A stretch of 64,000 bases of DNA, taken from NCBI GenBank assembly GCA_010093815.1, contig ML996575.1; one strand, 5' to 3'. Below the pieces are notes generated by a model. That model had not been told where the DNA came from. It searched no databases and saw only the letters and a program-made list of their open reading frames with translations. This document shows positions 49,754-63,387 of this stretch, one piece after another. Made by a program: the position numbers and the translations under genes. The DNA comes from Pseudovirgaria hyperparasitica. Lineage: Eukaryota. Every line of letters begins with the position of its first letter. Position 1 is the first letter of the stretch.

Positions 49754-50961
49754 TCAGAGCTCGTCCAGTACTCCTAACCGAGCGTCTTTGCTAGCTGCAG
49801 CCGTATGGCTATGAACCGAGGTACTAGCATTCCTAGCATACAGAGACTCTCGTGCGCTGTTGAGAATTTGTTTAGCATCAACGGGTATAGCCAGTTCCTC
49901 AACGTTGAATGACAAGTTCGCAGAGGGGGTGTGGAGGCTCGACTGGGGGTTTGACGGTTCTATAAAGAACAAGAAGTAGAGCATCGCCAGTAGGACTATG
50001 AAAGGGGTGGTGGACGCAGCAACCCATTTGATGACCCGCGCACGTTCTAATTTCCATCAGTACATATTTATGTGGTAATCGGAATGTGCTTGTCTTACTA
50101 TCGGCGTTCTCTTGTCTTCTGATTTCCAACATCTCTCTCGCCTCGACTCTCTTGCTGGCCTGTTCAAGGCGATCACTCAGCGAGCTACACCTATCTTTAA
50201 CAGATTGTATCCGAGATACAATGCCTTCAACACGCTCTTGGAGCCCACCAAAGTCTTCGAAGGAATCAATTTGCCCTTGAATCTCAGTCTTGAATGCCTG
50301 TGTATCCTTCTGGAAATTGCTCTTAAGCTCTTGTGTGAGTGATGACAACTCCTGTAGTCCACTAATTGTTGAACCCAATGTAGTTAATCGTTCGAGTATC
50401 GAATAGTAGGTGTCATCCAGGCGCCTCGTTATTTCTAAGGACTTCTCGGAGAGAGTGTGCAGTGTAACGCGGATTTCTCTGATCAAAGACAATTAGCATA
50501 TCACTATATGCCAACAAATGAGAACCAGATACTGACTCTTCCCGGACTGCTGCGCGCTTACGCTCCTGGCTAACATGAATGGGCCTAATCAGCTGTTGTC
50601 GCTCTATCCGTTCGTCAACCTCTGCATTGGATGTTGCAGCACGCGAATCATTTTCGCGATCGGTACTTAAGGCAGGTGAATATGCATTCACAACATGATT
50701 CTGCTTGGCGGAATCGCCGACAGATGAGTGCGATTGAGCCGTAGAGTGTATAAGTTCTTTGGCCTGTCGGTGGCGGTGGTGGTGGTGGTGGTGATGATGG
50801 TGGTGACTGTGCCCGCTTTGCTTGTCGCGGTGTAGAGGATTGTGTCGTTTGCTTGTGGATGACGCGTTCTTGTCAGAGGAAGTTGTTATCTTTGGGAGCG
50901 AAGTATGGGATCGATGTGACAGTCGCGCATTAGAGCGTTCAGAGCTAGAGGTCTGATCCAT
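49754..50961 (-). CDS. Hypothetical protein with a poly-His tract, coiled coil and probable C-terminal TM segment
   Basis: Three ORF-track pieces separated by plausible introns; ITRRLDDTYYSILE coiled coil; His run at about 50768-50805. Confidence 0.65.
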
Positions 50962-51457
50962 GACATGGTCGCAGAAGTGGTACAGGCAGGTGGAGCATGA
51001 TATCGAGGTGGAGGTACTGCGGCGTCGGAGGTGGATGTCGAACGTTGGATGTCGTCACACGCTCACACCATACCATATCGCAAAGTAATCGTGCCATTTA
51101 GAGCGAGTAAGGTTGGTTAATATTTCTACATATGTAATGCACAATGTTCCTTTCTTCACGTCACTGCTTATAGCGATAACGCAAGCTTGCTACCCTTTCC
51201 ATATAGCCATCGCATTCTATCGACTTCGCATAGGACGCCTTTGATAGCACAATGGACAAATCCCGGCACTGAGTCGCTTAAGGAATAATGTTGCGAATTA
51301 ATGTTGCGAGTTGAAGCAGCTGTCGGTCGTCATCAAGAAGATCCGCGGCGCGCCCAAGACTTGATCGCAAGTGCCCTCGGCTCTCAAGGAATATCGCAAT
51401 ATTCTTGGGAAAAGCCTGTAGCTGAGAGATAATGGGACCATGACTGGAACATGGTCA

Positions 51458-51909
51458 TCATGAGTGCAGCATCTTATTTCTCTTTTCACGACGCTTCAAT
51501 CGATCGACACGCTTCTTGTGCATCTTCTCCGACATCTTCTCGTAGCGCTCACGTTCCTCCTTCGCATTTCGTTTGTCTCGAATTTTCTGTATACGTCTCT
51601 GCAAGTAGTCTTAGTGACACCCAAGTGACAGAAATATGTCGAATATGAATACCTGACGCTCTGCCTCTTTTTCGTCCTTCATTTCTTTCTCTTTCGCTTG
51701 CATCGCTGCCTTAGCTTTTCTGTCCTCAGTGCGCTTAGCATAAGAGGTTTGTCCGGCCGTAGGGCGAAACGCCTTCCTAGGTTGATGCCATTGCTTTCCT
51801 GTTGAGGTGTATCAGTTCAAATTCAGTGATATGAGTTCGGAAAAGCTGCTATACCGTTGACTCTCATACCCTGAAGAGAGGGCGCCGCAGTCACATCAGA
51901 GGTAGACAT
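51458..51909 (-). CDS. CGR1: rRNA-processing protein Cgr1 (absent from the ORF track)
   Basis: Spliced reading [31 protein letters not shown]...[24 protein letters not shown]...[30 protein letters not shown]. Confidence 0.93.
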
Positions 51910-52486
51910 TATCACTTGCTTTTGAGGTGGCATGGGTGCTTACAGTAAGTACCTTTGTCTAGGGTCTGGCCTCGCAAGAAAATTAGGTCGCGAGGCGGGA
52001 CAATAATTCAGTGGAGTAATCAGTGACAAGGAGATTTCTCGGATTCACAGCTGATTGATTAGATCCGACTGGGGTCTCGTTTCGGCTGTGGGCCTGTGGC
52101 TTCCTTGTCCCCTGACTCGACGGCCCGCCGTCAAATCTTTCGAACCCTCACCGCAAACGGCGCCAACGCATAGAACCAGATCTCTCTAAAGATTCGCGTG
52201 CGCGATTTGTCGCATTGTGCCACGCAATGCCCTTCACCCGCCATTGTCTCACCAGTCCGATCGCTTTCTGGTATACATATATCCACTTTGTCTGACCGCC
52301 CATCACTGGTCCAACACCGGAATCCCCTCAACGCCGTCATCTCTCCACCGCCTCGCGCCTTTCGACCCCTCAATCTGCCAGAGTAGCCAATCCCGCAATG
52401 CGTGCCTTTACATAGCTACAGCATGCGTCTGCGGTAATCTTCGCATCTCAAGTCTCTTACCTGCGTCTTATCATCCGCCGCCGAGT

Positions 52487-53508
52487 ATGGCGCTCTCAGA
52501 AAGCCCGATTCCTATACTCGACTCTCCCACTACCGATGTGGCCACCAACGCTCCTCTAATCGATCAGAGCAAGGAGGCTTTGAAGGACATATCCTTTGGA
52601 TCCATTGCAGGGATTGTGGGAAAATACATCGAATACCCATTTGACACAGTGAAAGTTCGGTTGCAGTCCCAACCTGATCATGTGCCATTAAAGTACAAAG
52701 GTCCTGTCGATTGCTTCAAGCAATCGCTGAGCAGAGATGGATTCCTTGGTCTATATAGAGGCATCAGTGCGCCTTTGTTTGGAGCTGCAGTAGAGACGAG
52801 CTCTCTCTTTTTCAGCGTACGTCAAGATTGAGCAACCTCAACGCATACCTAACGTATTCACGTCAGTATCGAATTGCTCAAGGAGCTTTTCAATCCACCT
52901 TTCTCCAACCCGGTCAAACTTTACCATTCTCTGCCCTTCTCCTATGTGGCGGGGCTTCCGGTGCCTTCACCTCCATACTCCTGACGCCTATAGAGCTCAT
53001 CAAATGCAAGATGCAAGTGCCTGCTGATAATTCTGGAAAACAACCTAGATTGTCGATTCCGCAGCAGATGGCCTCCGTATACAGACACCAAGGTATACTT
53101 GGATTCTGGCGAGGTCAGATGGGCACTTTCATTCGTGAGACTGGGGGTTCGGCAGCATGGTTCGGCAGCTATGAGGGCGTTGGTTTACTACTCAAGCAGG
53201 CCAGTTCTGATCCCACAGGCAACCAGTCTTTGCCAGTATGGCAGCAAATGATGGCTGGTGCTGCTGCTGGGATGAGCTACAATTTCATGTTCTATCCAGC
53301 AGATACGATCAAGTCTCGTATGCAAACAGAAGACGTAAGCAAAATGCGTGACGGCAAACAATCGTTTGGCGCAGTCGGAAAAATACTTTGGCGGCAACAA
53401 GGTCTTAGAGGACTTTACAGAGGATGCGGCATCACTGTTGCTCGTTCTGCTCCCAGTTCAGCGTTCATATTCACAATCTACGAGACGTTAAGGTCCCATT
53501 TTGGTTAA
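52487..53508 (+). CDS. ORT1: Mitochondrial carrier, ornithine transporter-like (Ort1/Arg-13)
   Basis: [20 protein letters not shown] and [10 protein letters not shown] carrier motifs, plus [10 protein letters not shown]. One intron at about 52817-52866. Confidence 0.9.
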
Positions 53509-54039
53509 AGGGTTTGGTGCCACTTTGATGTGCGAATGAATTGCATGAGATGGCGTTTTGGTGGGGGTCTGGAAGGTTTAGCATATTGAAAGCATTTCTT
53601 CATGGGACAATAGATGGCGTGTATTGCATTCCCAGCTATAAAAAACATCGATGAGTCTATTGGGCTGATGACCCCTTAAATGGAAATGCCCATACTTGAA
53701 TTCATGAGATGGATAATGGATGTCCTGCTGTCCCGAAGTGACCCCGCGTTATTGACATGTGACGGAAACTGACGTAGGAGTAGTGCTCGGCACTCATCAA
53801 GCCGACTCCGTCCATCAACCTCACAGGTTGCATGTGTCCGAGAGCTGGTATCCGACATTGCGATCATAGGTAGGCTTCGCAAATCCTTTGCTGCAACATC
53901 TACGAATAACGTCCTCAAATGCGACTGACCACCTTGTAACCATTTTGGCCTTCGAAGCGTCCTTCACTGCGTCCTTCTGAGTTCAATAGCTGAAGCCGAG
54001 GTTACATATCGAGAAGCTTAGAAGACGCGGACAGCAAAG

Positions 54040-54916
54040 ATGGACAAACTAGGAGATATTCACGTATGTGCAGTCGCTCGCAGTAGACCATTATTCGGAC
54101 CTTGTCATGATGCGATAGCGCTAACACGACCAGGCTGCTCTTGAGCGCATAGCTCTTGACCCCAAGTATCATGACATTCTCAGTCTTGTGAAAGGCATGC
54201 GTAATGGCATCGTGTATGGTAGTAAGATTCGGTTTCCGCATGCATTGGTGTAAGGCAATCAAGTCATCCACGTCCATTCCCAAGTTCATAAATGCTGACT
54301 ACCTCCCACAGTATGATTCTTCTCTTCCGATCCGGTACCTTGCGTCAGAAGATATGGCTCGTCCTCAAAGCAACACGTCAACATGCCATGAATCTCGGCA
54401 CATTCGCTGTGGTTTATAAGTCTACTATGCTCGCTTTGAAACAATTACCAACGGGGAAACCATGGACCGAGCCGCCGAGCAAAGAGGGCCCTTACGATTC
54501 GTTCGTCGCGGGATTGCTTGGCGGTTATGTTGTATTCGGGCGTTCGAACAGCTCTGTGAACCAGCAGATTGTTATCTACGTGTTCGCGCGTGTGATGCTT
54601 GCCTTGGCAAAATTATTGGTAAAGCCAGTAGGAGAAGGAAAGGGCGGCGGTGGTATGGGTTTGGTCAACAGTCAGGCTATAAGAGATATATTGCAGCGAA
54701 ACGCATGGCCCGCTTTTGCCAGTCTAAGTTGGGCCAGTGTTATGTTTCTTTTCCGATGGCATCCAGACATCATTCAGAGTAGCTTGAGGAGCAGCATGAG
54801 CTATATGTAAGCTCCATCCCGACCGGCTTATGAGGCCATTCACTAACGCATGTTTCAGTTATGTTCAGTCCGATGATTGGGATTCCTTAAGGACGTTATT
54901 ATGGCACAATAAATAA
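54040..54916 (+). CDS. PXMP4: Peroxisomal membrane protein 4 (Tim17/PMP24 family)
   Basis: KGMRNGIVYGSKIRFPHALV, ATRQHAMNL, FVAGLLGGYVVFG, VNQQIVIYVFARV, LRSSMSYIY...WHNK. Three introns. Confidence 0.92.
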
Positions 54917-57900
54917 GCACCGCGTGGAGGACTATAGTCATCCGTAGTCCAAGGGCAATGGCAGGGTACCATTGGCAGTTGAGCATAATCCGGCGTAATA
55001 CTAGCACCTTTCGCGTTGGTCATCTATAGATATCACTTCCACTTCTTCATATTGCGACAGATTGTACATATCTGGACTCAGCCACCATCATTCGAGTCTA
55101 TAGAGCATGCCGGCCTGATCACATATGGAGAATTTAGACATAGCGTACCACCACAGATTTGTAAGTGTCAGAGGCATGGGCAATTGTAGCTCACGCGGCC
55201 TAATACATTGCTAGGACTGCTTTTCTACGATACAACGAAATATTACATCATATCGCAGTACCCTTCCACAGCCAATAACTCATACCTTCAATCTTGCTAA
55301 ACTGCTCACATCTTGTGTCGCGTACAGCTTCTTTAGCCGCACGCCCAAAATTTTCCACTCTAGTATCGGACCAGGTACGAGCTACGCCTACACACAAGCT
55401 CGCAAACAATATCATTGTCTTTCCGACACAATTTTCTTGGATCTCGGCGCATTCACACGAGTTCTGCCATTAAGTAACATTCTCCACATGTACAGCCGCT
55501 ATAATATGGTCGTTCGTAGAGCCACGAAGAAATCATCTCGGACCAAAATATTATGAACCAACACCGCCCTCGAAAGACCGAATTGCGCAAGAAAAGACGT
55601 TGCATGGAGGTTGACATATTGCGTGGGCAGCACATCGAAGACCGAAAGCCCGGGCGTCAAACAATTAGACTACCAATACAACGATTCAAGACAGGGCTGT
55701 GACCAAGAAAAGATCACGGGACGCATGGCTAGGGTTCCGGGGTTGATGTTTTGATATATCCTGTTTAGGCCTAGGTTGATACTAGCGCAGCTTGGTAGTC
55801 GTCACTTGGTCGTCGAGTCTCGGCTTGCCATGGATGATGATGCATATGATTTGGTGTGGCTGCGCATCGGTATGGCCCGCGGTTCGTGTTCGCCTGCGCC
55901 GTAAGCCCGGATGTTACACGACAGGCGTGACGGTGATGGGGTCTTGCAGAGCGATTGCAATGATCTGAGGGCATGCCCGGTCGTCGTAGTATGAAAACGC
56001 TGGGGACCAGGAATTACCTAAATTAGTCATAGTGTTTATGAGAGGCGAAATATTCTCTAGACTAAATGCTGACATCTTGTGTGGCATCTTAGGACGGACC
56101 GGACCAACGGGGGAGGTGGGATAAAGGTAGTCTAGGAATTGAGTGAGTGAGGACGTTTTTGGCAGGTATCCCGAATGGGTAATTATCCTCTCCTGGTTTT
56201 CGGCGCACCCAAGCGGAACGGCTCCTAGGAGATCTTATTTACAATTATGAAAGTCAGGCAATTTAACAGAATGACCAAGAGCGGCTGGTTGTAAAGTTTG
56301 AGTCAAGTGCCAACGAGATCTGCGAATTGGAATATTTTCTATTATTCTTTTCGGCGCTGATGCAATATTATGCGACTGTTAAACTCGCCACGATGTGCCA
56401 CATCTGTTACTCTTGAGTGTCTCAGTAGAACTTAAAGCTACTTACTAAGATGTAGTGACTCCAGGTCCAGAATACGATCAAAATTTTCACATACGTTGGC
56501 GGTTAACTGCCCATGAATATCTATACAGTGGGTCAGAGCTGAGTGATACCCCAACACATCGGTGCTTTCTCCTATCGAGGATTCAGGTACCGCACATGCA
56601 GTGCAAACCCTGACTTCTAATACATGGTGGAGCTATAGGGCTGTCCCAAACTTCAATACATTTTACGCCCGCATCGAGTTCAACACACAAGATCCGCTTC
56701 AAAGTTAATTAACCAATAAATCTCATTGCTGCAAGTCCGTAACTTAGTGACCGAATCAATACTCTGTATGGCTATGGTTTGTGTGGATACGCTGGGGGAG
56801 GTTTTATCTTGTTCTTCCGTTCCATTCTACAGAGAAAGATGTCTTCGTGACTCCTGGCTAAGAAGAAACGGTCTCTTACTGGTGCACGCATACGGACAGA
56901 TTTACACTACTTTCAGTCCAATCCAATACTTTACAATGCGTCTTTGTGCAAGCGGTTGATTCGGAGAATGAGGATGTAGGCTTTGTCCACGTGCTCATCC
57001 TCAGGCTGGCGGTGTGCTCTCTGTGGCCGTGGCACGGTGTGCGGTGTGACCAAGGGAGAGATTGCACGTCCACAAGTGATACACCAATCTACCTAGCCAT
57101 CGCTGATCTGACGAGACAACGAAGAGGGATGGAACGTTCATCTTCTACAACTCATCAAACCAACGTTGATATCTTTGTAGTAGGGTAGATATGACAAAGG
57201 AGGGCCAAACGCGGTGTTGAGAACCGGGGGGATTTGTGACAGTGGATGTCAGCCGGGAAAAGGCGGGGTTGCAGGTAAATCAGGGCCGGGGATCGACGCT
57301 GTCTAGTCCCGCTTGGACTCAACATAATGCTGCCCGCTTGCTTGTTTCTGTACACGGTAGGTAGAGAGACCTGTTATTGACGACTCTGAGCTGGGCAGAC
57401 TTCTCGTTCTCTGCAAGGTCGGAAGTAAACCACAGTGGATAAAACAGGACTGGGGACTGGGCCCAACCAAAACTGCCTTGAACCTGAACCTGACCCTCTC
57501 AGCCCTGGGATTATTGCTGTCATTTTGAGCCTCTCAATTTGCTGCTGATGAGAGGTGGACCCACTAGTAACGTATGCACTGCGTGGACGCTTCCCGCTTA
57601 TCGTCTTCACTCTCTTTTCCCCACATGCTCCGGATTCGCCCACGCCACCTCTGCAGTCAACATCGTAGACTCTTCCGTTTTGTTTTCGCTCTGTCCCTCG
57701 GCCTTCAGCGTCCAACGTCTCTGTCACGAGCTCTGCTGTGACTGTCCTGCGCCCTCGAGTGATTCGAGAACTGGTTCGATTACTGTATAGCTCCTCGGAG
57801 AGACCTCGAACTTCAATTGGCAATCCGAGGCGGATAGGCCAATTGGACGCTTACCGGTACCACGGCGAACGTACCTTTATTGCAGAGCCGAGAATACCAT

Positions 57901-58519
57901 AGTGTTCTACTATCTAATTCGATTTACCCCCATCGGAAGCGACCAGTATCTCACGGGCAAGCTAGGGTCGAGGTAGCTGGGCTCACATGTTCGATTTGTC
58001 CTCAAGCCACAAGTTACCTTACGCCGTCAGCAAATAACGCCAATATTGTCATCAAGAGCCTCGGGTCGCTGCATAGGTGAGTCTTGCACAACATCTAGCA
58101 TCTTGACCTTTATCTCGTGGCTTTCCTATATCTCCTACAGATTGCTAACATACGATGACGTAGGTCAGCTTCTAGCAGGAATACCTCCTGAAAACTCCAC
58201 GTCAATCTGCCTTTCGTAGTCCTGTGCCGAGGATCCTATACAAACACATACAGTTACGGCTAGGTCTCCATGTACTGGTCGCGTGTATGCCACCCGGCGA
58301 AGGCTTTAGCATTACACGAGCTTTGAACACGGTAGAGGCGAGTGCTTTGTCCGGAAACACCCGATTCACGACTCTTCCATAGCCCTGGGTCACAGAACGT
58401 GTAAGACAGGAAGCCAAGAGGACACAGTACACTTCCTGACATTATCTTCGCATTCCGGTCGTATACAGTGTATTCCATACTGTGATCAGCCAACGTTTTC
58501 TTTGGGGGCCGCAGCAAAG

Positions 58520-60508
58520 ATGGCATCCTCGCCGCCACCTCGACGGCGCTTCATCCCCGAGCCATTCGAGACGACCACCGCATCCTCTCGTAGACCTCCA
58601 TACAGGGTTGATGATGATCTCAAAGCAACAAAGCGATTTGCGCCTGAACACATCGAAACTACGGTCAAGAGTAGTCGGAAGCTGTCCACAGCAGGGAGTG
58701 AAACGCCGCCGAAGGCGAGGAGGAGATTTGCTCCTGAGCCTGTGGAGATGTCTTCGAAAAGTAATCGAAAGCCACCGCAGGACGGAGCATTGTCTACGCA
58801 GCAAGAGTGTGATCCCGAGCCAGAGACGACCACACGACCAAATCGCGAAACAGCGCATACTTCAGACACCGACCGCTCAAACAGCAGCTCCAGATCACTA
58901 TCTGGGACTGACCAAAGCTCTACTGATGGGTCACCGAAGCGCCCTAGACGAAAGTTTGCTCCACAACTTATCGAAACCTCGAAACGAACCAGGAAAGCTG
59001 GCGACGACCAACCAGCCGTCTTACCTTCCGACCGCACGGAAGCTGTCACAATGTTGCATCTTGCAATTCCGAAGCATATGCGCCCAGAAACCGACCCAGA
59101 ACCTCCAGTGAACACACCTACGGGGCTCCGTGAAGATGAAAGCATAGACGAAGTTCTGGAAGCTCGTCGGCTAGGCAAAGCCATCCCAGCGAGGTCGGCG
59201 TCCCGAAGCTCAAATCGCTCGCACTCTTTTCGAGTGCCAGAATTGGATACTATTGAGTCATCACAATCGGAAGATTCCAATCCACCATCTCTTTCAACTT
59301 CTCCATCCTCTGATAAACCATACCTCTACAAACATGCAACTCGTATTCGAGAGAGTGTTGATGACAGGTATTCAGGCTACCTTCTGCAGATCGCAGCGAG
59401 GGCCGCGGAGAAACAGCTGCGTGATCAAGCCATGGCAGCGTTTCCCAACAACGACTTTCATGAACCAGTGCAGCATTATATTGATAGGGATTCGGATGAA
59501 TACGTCACGAGAGACCAAGATCGAGAGTCCTCGTACACGCAGGTCAATTGGGACCTGCGGGAGATGCAAGAGTTTCGCAAAAAGCTATCACAGAACAACT
59601 TCCAAGACAAGAAAGTGACGGCTAAGACAGGGTCAAAAGTGCAAGAAGCTACGCGTGGTCCATGGGGCAATCCATCGTTAGCACTTGGACGGCCTCCACC
59701 TCGAAACAAGGAAAATGACGGTGTGCCTGCGCGTACTCGCCCCCCAATGTTAGGCGAAGACATCAGTTTTCCTCGGTGTAATTCGCCCGAGCCAGCACGA
59801 TTCGACGTCACACAAGGGTGCTTCAAGGTCAAAGAGTCAATGTGCTACCTGACTGAACAGAGCCAGCACATGGAAGATAAGGGCAAAGAGGGTCTGTGGG
59901 CAAGCAAACCGTCCAACATCAAGCGTTTACCAAGCGACGCATCTCATAGCACAACGACAAGTAGTGGTGCTGGTCTGTGGGGTGGTTGCTGTGTCGCACC
60001 GGCTACGACACCAACGAGAGGCAACTCTGGTTTAATGACACCGAGCATTGGTGTCCAAACTCCAATTCAAACTCCCTGCTCCACACCATTCCGTTCCAGC
60101 TTTTCACCAAGCGGGCCGCAGGACTACTTTTCCAGCGTGCACGAGAAGCTCGAGCTGGAGCAGACGATCGAAGAGGAATTCAACGATGCTTTCGTCACCC
60201 AGGTGTATAATTATCTCTCCCTTGGGTATCCATCAATCGCGCGAGAGTTTGATGATGAGCTTAGTAAGATCGCACGCATTGAGGTTCACGAGTTGCGGCA
60301 TGACGACGAACTTGTAAAGGACCGCGGATACATACGATTCGGAGACGAGGAGCACTCGGCGGATGTATCAGAAGACTCATGCATGCGGTGGAAAGCGCTT
60401 CGAACGTACATTCGCGAGTGGGCAAAACAGCAGCCACGAATGGTGTCTGGAGCCCATGCTCTAGGGGGCTTTGGAGTAGGAGCAAGACGAGGCAGTTGGG
60501 CGATCTGA
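58520..60508 (+). CDS. Fungal hypothetical protein with four RFxPxxxE repeats and a compact C-terminal region
   Basis: Long ORF from ATG 58520 (AAAGATGG context). C-terminal FVTQVYNYLSLGYPSIAREFDDELSKI...RWKALRTYIREW...RRGSWAI. Confidence 0.85.
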   Translation: MASSPPPRRRFIPEPFETTTASSRRPPYRVDDDLKATKRFAPEHIETTVKSSRKLSTAGSETPPKARRRFAPEPVEMSSKSNRKPPQDGALSTQQECDPEPETTTRPNRETAHTSDTDRSNSSSRSLSGTDQSSTDGSPKRPRRKFAPQLIETSKRTRKAGDDQPAVLPSDRTEAVTMLHLAIPKHMRPETDPEPPVNTPTGLREDESIDEVLEARRLGKAIPARSASRSSNRSHSFRVPELDTIESSQSEDSNPPSLSTSPSSDKPYLYKHATRIRESVDDRYSGYLLQIAARAAEKQLRDQAMAAFPNNDFHEPVQHYIDRDSDEYVTRDQDRESSYTQVNWDLREMQEFRKKLSQNNFQDKKVTAKTGSKVQEATRGPWGNPSLALGRPPPRNKENDGVPARTRPPMLGEDISFPRCNSPEPARFDVTQGCFKVKESMCYLTEQSQHMEDKGKEGLWASKPSNIKRLPSDASHSTTTSSGAGLWGGCCVAPATTPTRGNSGLMTPSIGVQTPIQTPCSTPFRSSFSPSGPQDYFSSVHEKLELEQTIEEEFNDAFVTQVYNYLSLGYPSIAREFDDELSKIARIEVHELRHDDELVKDRGYIRFGDEEHSADVSEDSCMRWKALRTYIREWAKQQPRMVSGAHALGGFGVGARRGSWAI

Positions 60509-63387
60509 GCTAATTACCGTGGGTCATATTAAGGATATCTGAGCAATGGCGCATTTTTGGAAAGACATTTATAATGAAATTTGAGGACGACTGCATATTC
60601 CATGGCGATCTTTTTTTATTTCATTTTTGCTTCTTGGGAGCAATGTGGGAGTGGGAGTAGGAGTGGGAGTGGGCTTTTCAAAAAGGAAATATGCCTTGGG
60701 CACCGGCAAGTACCGGGACGGAAGACATGCATTGCAGGGAAGCAGAAAGGACAACATAGTATGAGAGACGACAAGGGTTGAGGATTGTTGCGTAGAGAGT
60801 GTATAGCTGTGTGTGAGGAACAGGACACAGGATGATTGTATGCCTGCCAGAGTACTTACTACTTTTCTGAAGAGGAAGGAGTCCTGAAGGAGTTAACAGG
60901 TCAACCGTCAGTCCTTCAACATTCCTGAGGCAAGAGCGACCGGGATTGGTCAAGGCTACGATGTCATGTAGGCCATAGCGATGAGCTTTTCTAAACCTTT
61001 TTTATGAAATGCTCCAAACGATTCCCTCCTTGATGCATGGCACGGCTATCGAGAGATATTTTGCAACATCGGCCAAGTCATCAAATTACATTTATAGCCA
61101 TTCACAGGACTGCGTTTCACCGAGGAGCAACACAATCGGGCCTGTTGGTCTCCACGATCTCGTCCTTGGACTGTAGCCCCACCTCGGCCCCTTGGACTGT
61201 GAGCCATCTGGGTATGTGGAAGGTAGGAAGAATGCGTATCCAAGGTTCCGCGGTGAGGATTTCCTTGTCATGATGGCCGTACTACTTTTTACTCGAAACA
61301 AAGCAAATATACCATACTAGCATAAAAAGGTAACGACTAATTAATTATGGGATCGCTCATTAGCAGCAGAAGAAGGAGAGAGAGAGTCATGGGCAACATG
61401 CTCCACGTGTTTGCTAGCCTCCAATTTTACACGGCCACGGCCACCACCGGGCATGGGATGGACGGCACACGGCACGAGTCCCGTCGCGCGCCGCTTTACG
61501 AAGGTATGACCTCGGCCGCCACAGTGCCGTTAGGGACTGATGAACAAAGGGACGATGAGATCATGAGACAGCGGCAATACCGACAACACAGACGCAGGAA
61601 CAAGCATCCCAGGGGGGTGGTGAGAGAGTGTTCTGTGCTGTCCGAGGCTGATTGCGCGAACGCGTCTGAGATTGTTCTCGAAGCAATCTAACGACGTGCG
61701 CCGGCAAACGAAAACGGGAAATTCCCACAGATGTCAGGGTTGACGTTTTCGTGTCCTTAGTAGGATAGAGCCGTAACGAGAAATACCTTACGAGACTCGT
61801 GTATGGTTGATTGATTGAAGAAAAGCATGGGACACTGTCCAGGCTCCATGTTGTGTACCTTGACGGACGCCGCCAGTCCAGACTCCGGCTTATTCAAGGA
61901 CAGGACAGTGACCTCCCCTCCAACGACTGATACGACTGATACTACGATAAGACCGACACTACGGATACTATCATACTATGATACTGCCGCTCAGACAGCC
62001 TCGGGCACTCCGTTCAACGGGAGCTGGCCTGTCTGGGTCTGGGGTAATTATGGGAGGTCTGCTGCATATGGCTTGCCGGCTTTCTCCTAGATACCTTCTT
62101 CCTAATAAGTATTAAAACGGCGAATCGCCGCACGATGCAGAGATGCAGACGCCAGCTGCAGCTGCAGCCAGCGTGCATAGCCGACCGATGTGCGTACGTG
62201 GGTGTGCCGGAAGACAGCGAGCGCGTTTCGAGGACGGCTGACGGCGACTTTTGCTGGCTGTGAATGCAAACAGTCAACAAGAACAATTGAGGCATTCCCT
62301 GTCTTTGCTGTCCTCTGGGCTGGCTCTTGGGGGGACAATCGTTATATCTAGCAATGATGGCTGTGGCCACTAATAAGCAGCTGATGATAGTCGTGTTCTG
62401 GGCAATAATGATGAATGCGCGGGGGGTCGTTGTGATCGGGGGTTTCCTAAGCCTATCTGTTATATTTGTTGTATCGCCTGGCAGGCTGACTGGCTGACTG
62501 GAACTGCCTCACCACCCAACTTGGCCATTGCCGCCGCCCAGCACAAGCCACCTTAAGCGCTATATGTGATGGGGCCACGCCAAACATCGCCAAACGCCAC
62601 ATCCCTCGCCGGCACACTTGGCACACCCCAATCCCTTAGTACCTATACCTAACATCCTTATACACTACTGCACCTCTGTAGTCTCACTCATCACTACAGT
62701 ACTGTATGTCTGCATCTCCCAATAAGCCCAACTCTCTCCACTCTGCTCAGTCGTGGGGGAATGTTACTTGTACACTTCGACACAATTGAAGGGGAGGGGG
62801 AGGGGTGGCGCCCTTCTCCGGAACACTTGATGAGCCAACATGCGTTTTTGCTACTATGTGTTCTCCTGTTCACTTCAAACCCGTGCTCTGGGTTTGTGCT
62901 GTCTGCTGTTGTCCCGAGAGATTGGTTCAAGCATTTTAACATCCCTCCCCCCTTGTTCTGCCGTCATCTCATTACATGCTGGCCATATCTTTGCAACTCC
63001 TAACCACATCCACCCTTCTACAACTGTCATACGCCATATTCATAGTCCCTGTCCGAGCCCATGTGGGGTGGTTATCATTACTTTCTTCCCGCAAGAGCCA
63101 CATCGCCTCACGGCCTCTATATCTAGCTTCCTTCTTTGAAACATCCGAGCTTCTGTCACTGCTATCGCCATCATCCCGGTTGACATCTGGTTTCCTTGTT
63201 TGACACTTTGCACGCTGTGTGGGAAGCTGTGGGGATCAGTGTCAGGTCATGCTCGCTCATCAACTTGCATACTCTCTCACTGCTGTTTCCCCTCGTACAT
63301 AATCCTCTGGGCACTTGATTTCTTCACGAAGGCCTTCCTACTCCTCCGCCAGCAACACCGGACGGTCGACAATATCATCTGTCAAAG

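Noticed and set aside
56525..56600. TPP riboswitch-like GGGT..GCTGAG..ATACCC
   Set aside because: Lacks the downstream ACCTGAT/TAAT/GCG..GG elements, and there is no thiamine gene nearby.
60646..60673. GGGAGT repeat as a functional G-quadruplex
   Set aside because: A short microsatellite in a probable 3' UTR with no supporting evidence.
61920..61990. GATACT-rich low-complexity repeat
   Set aside because: Irregular short simple repeat with no associated structure.
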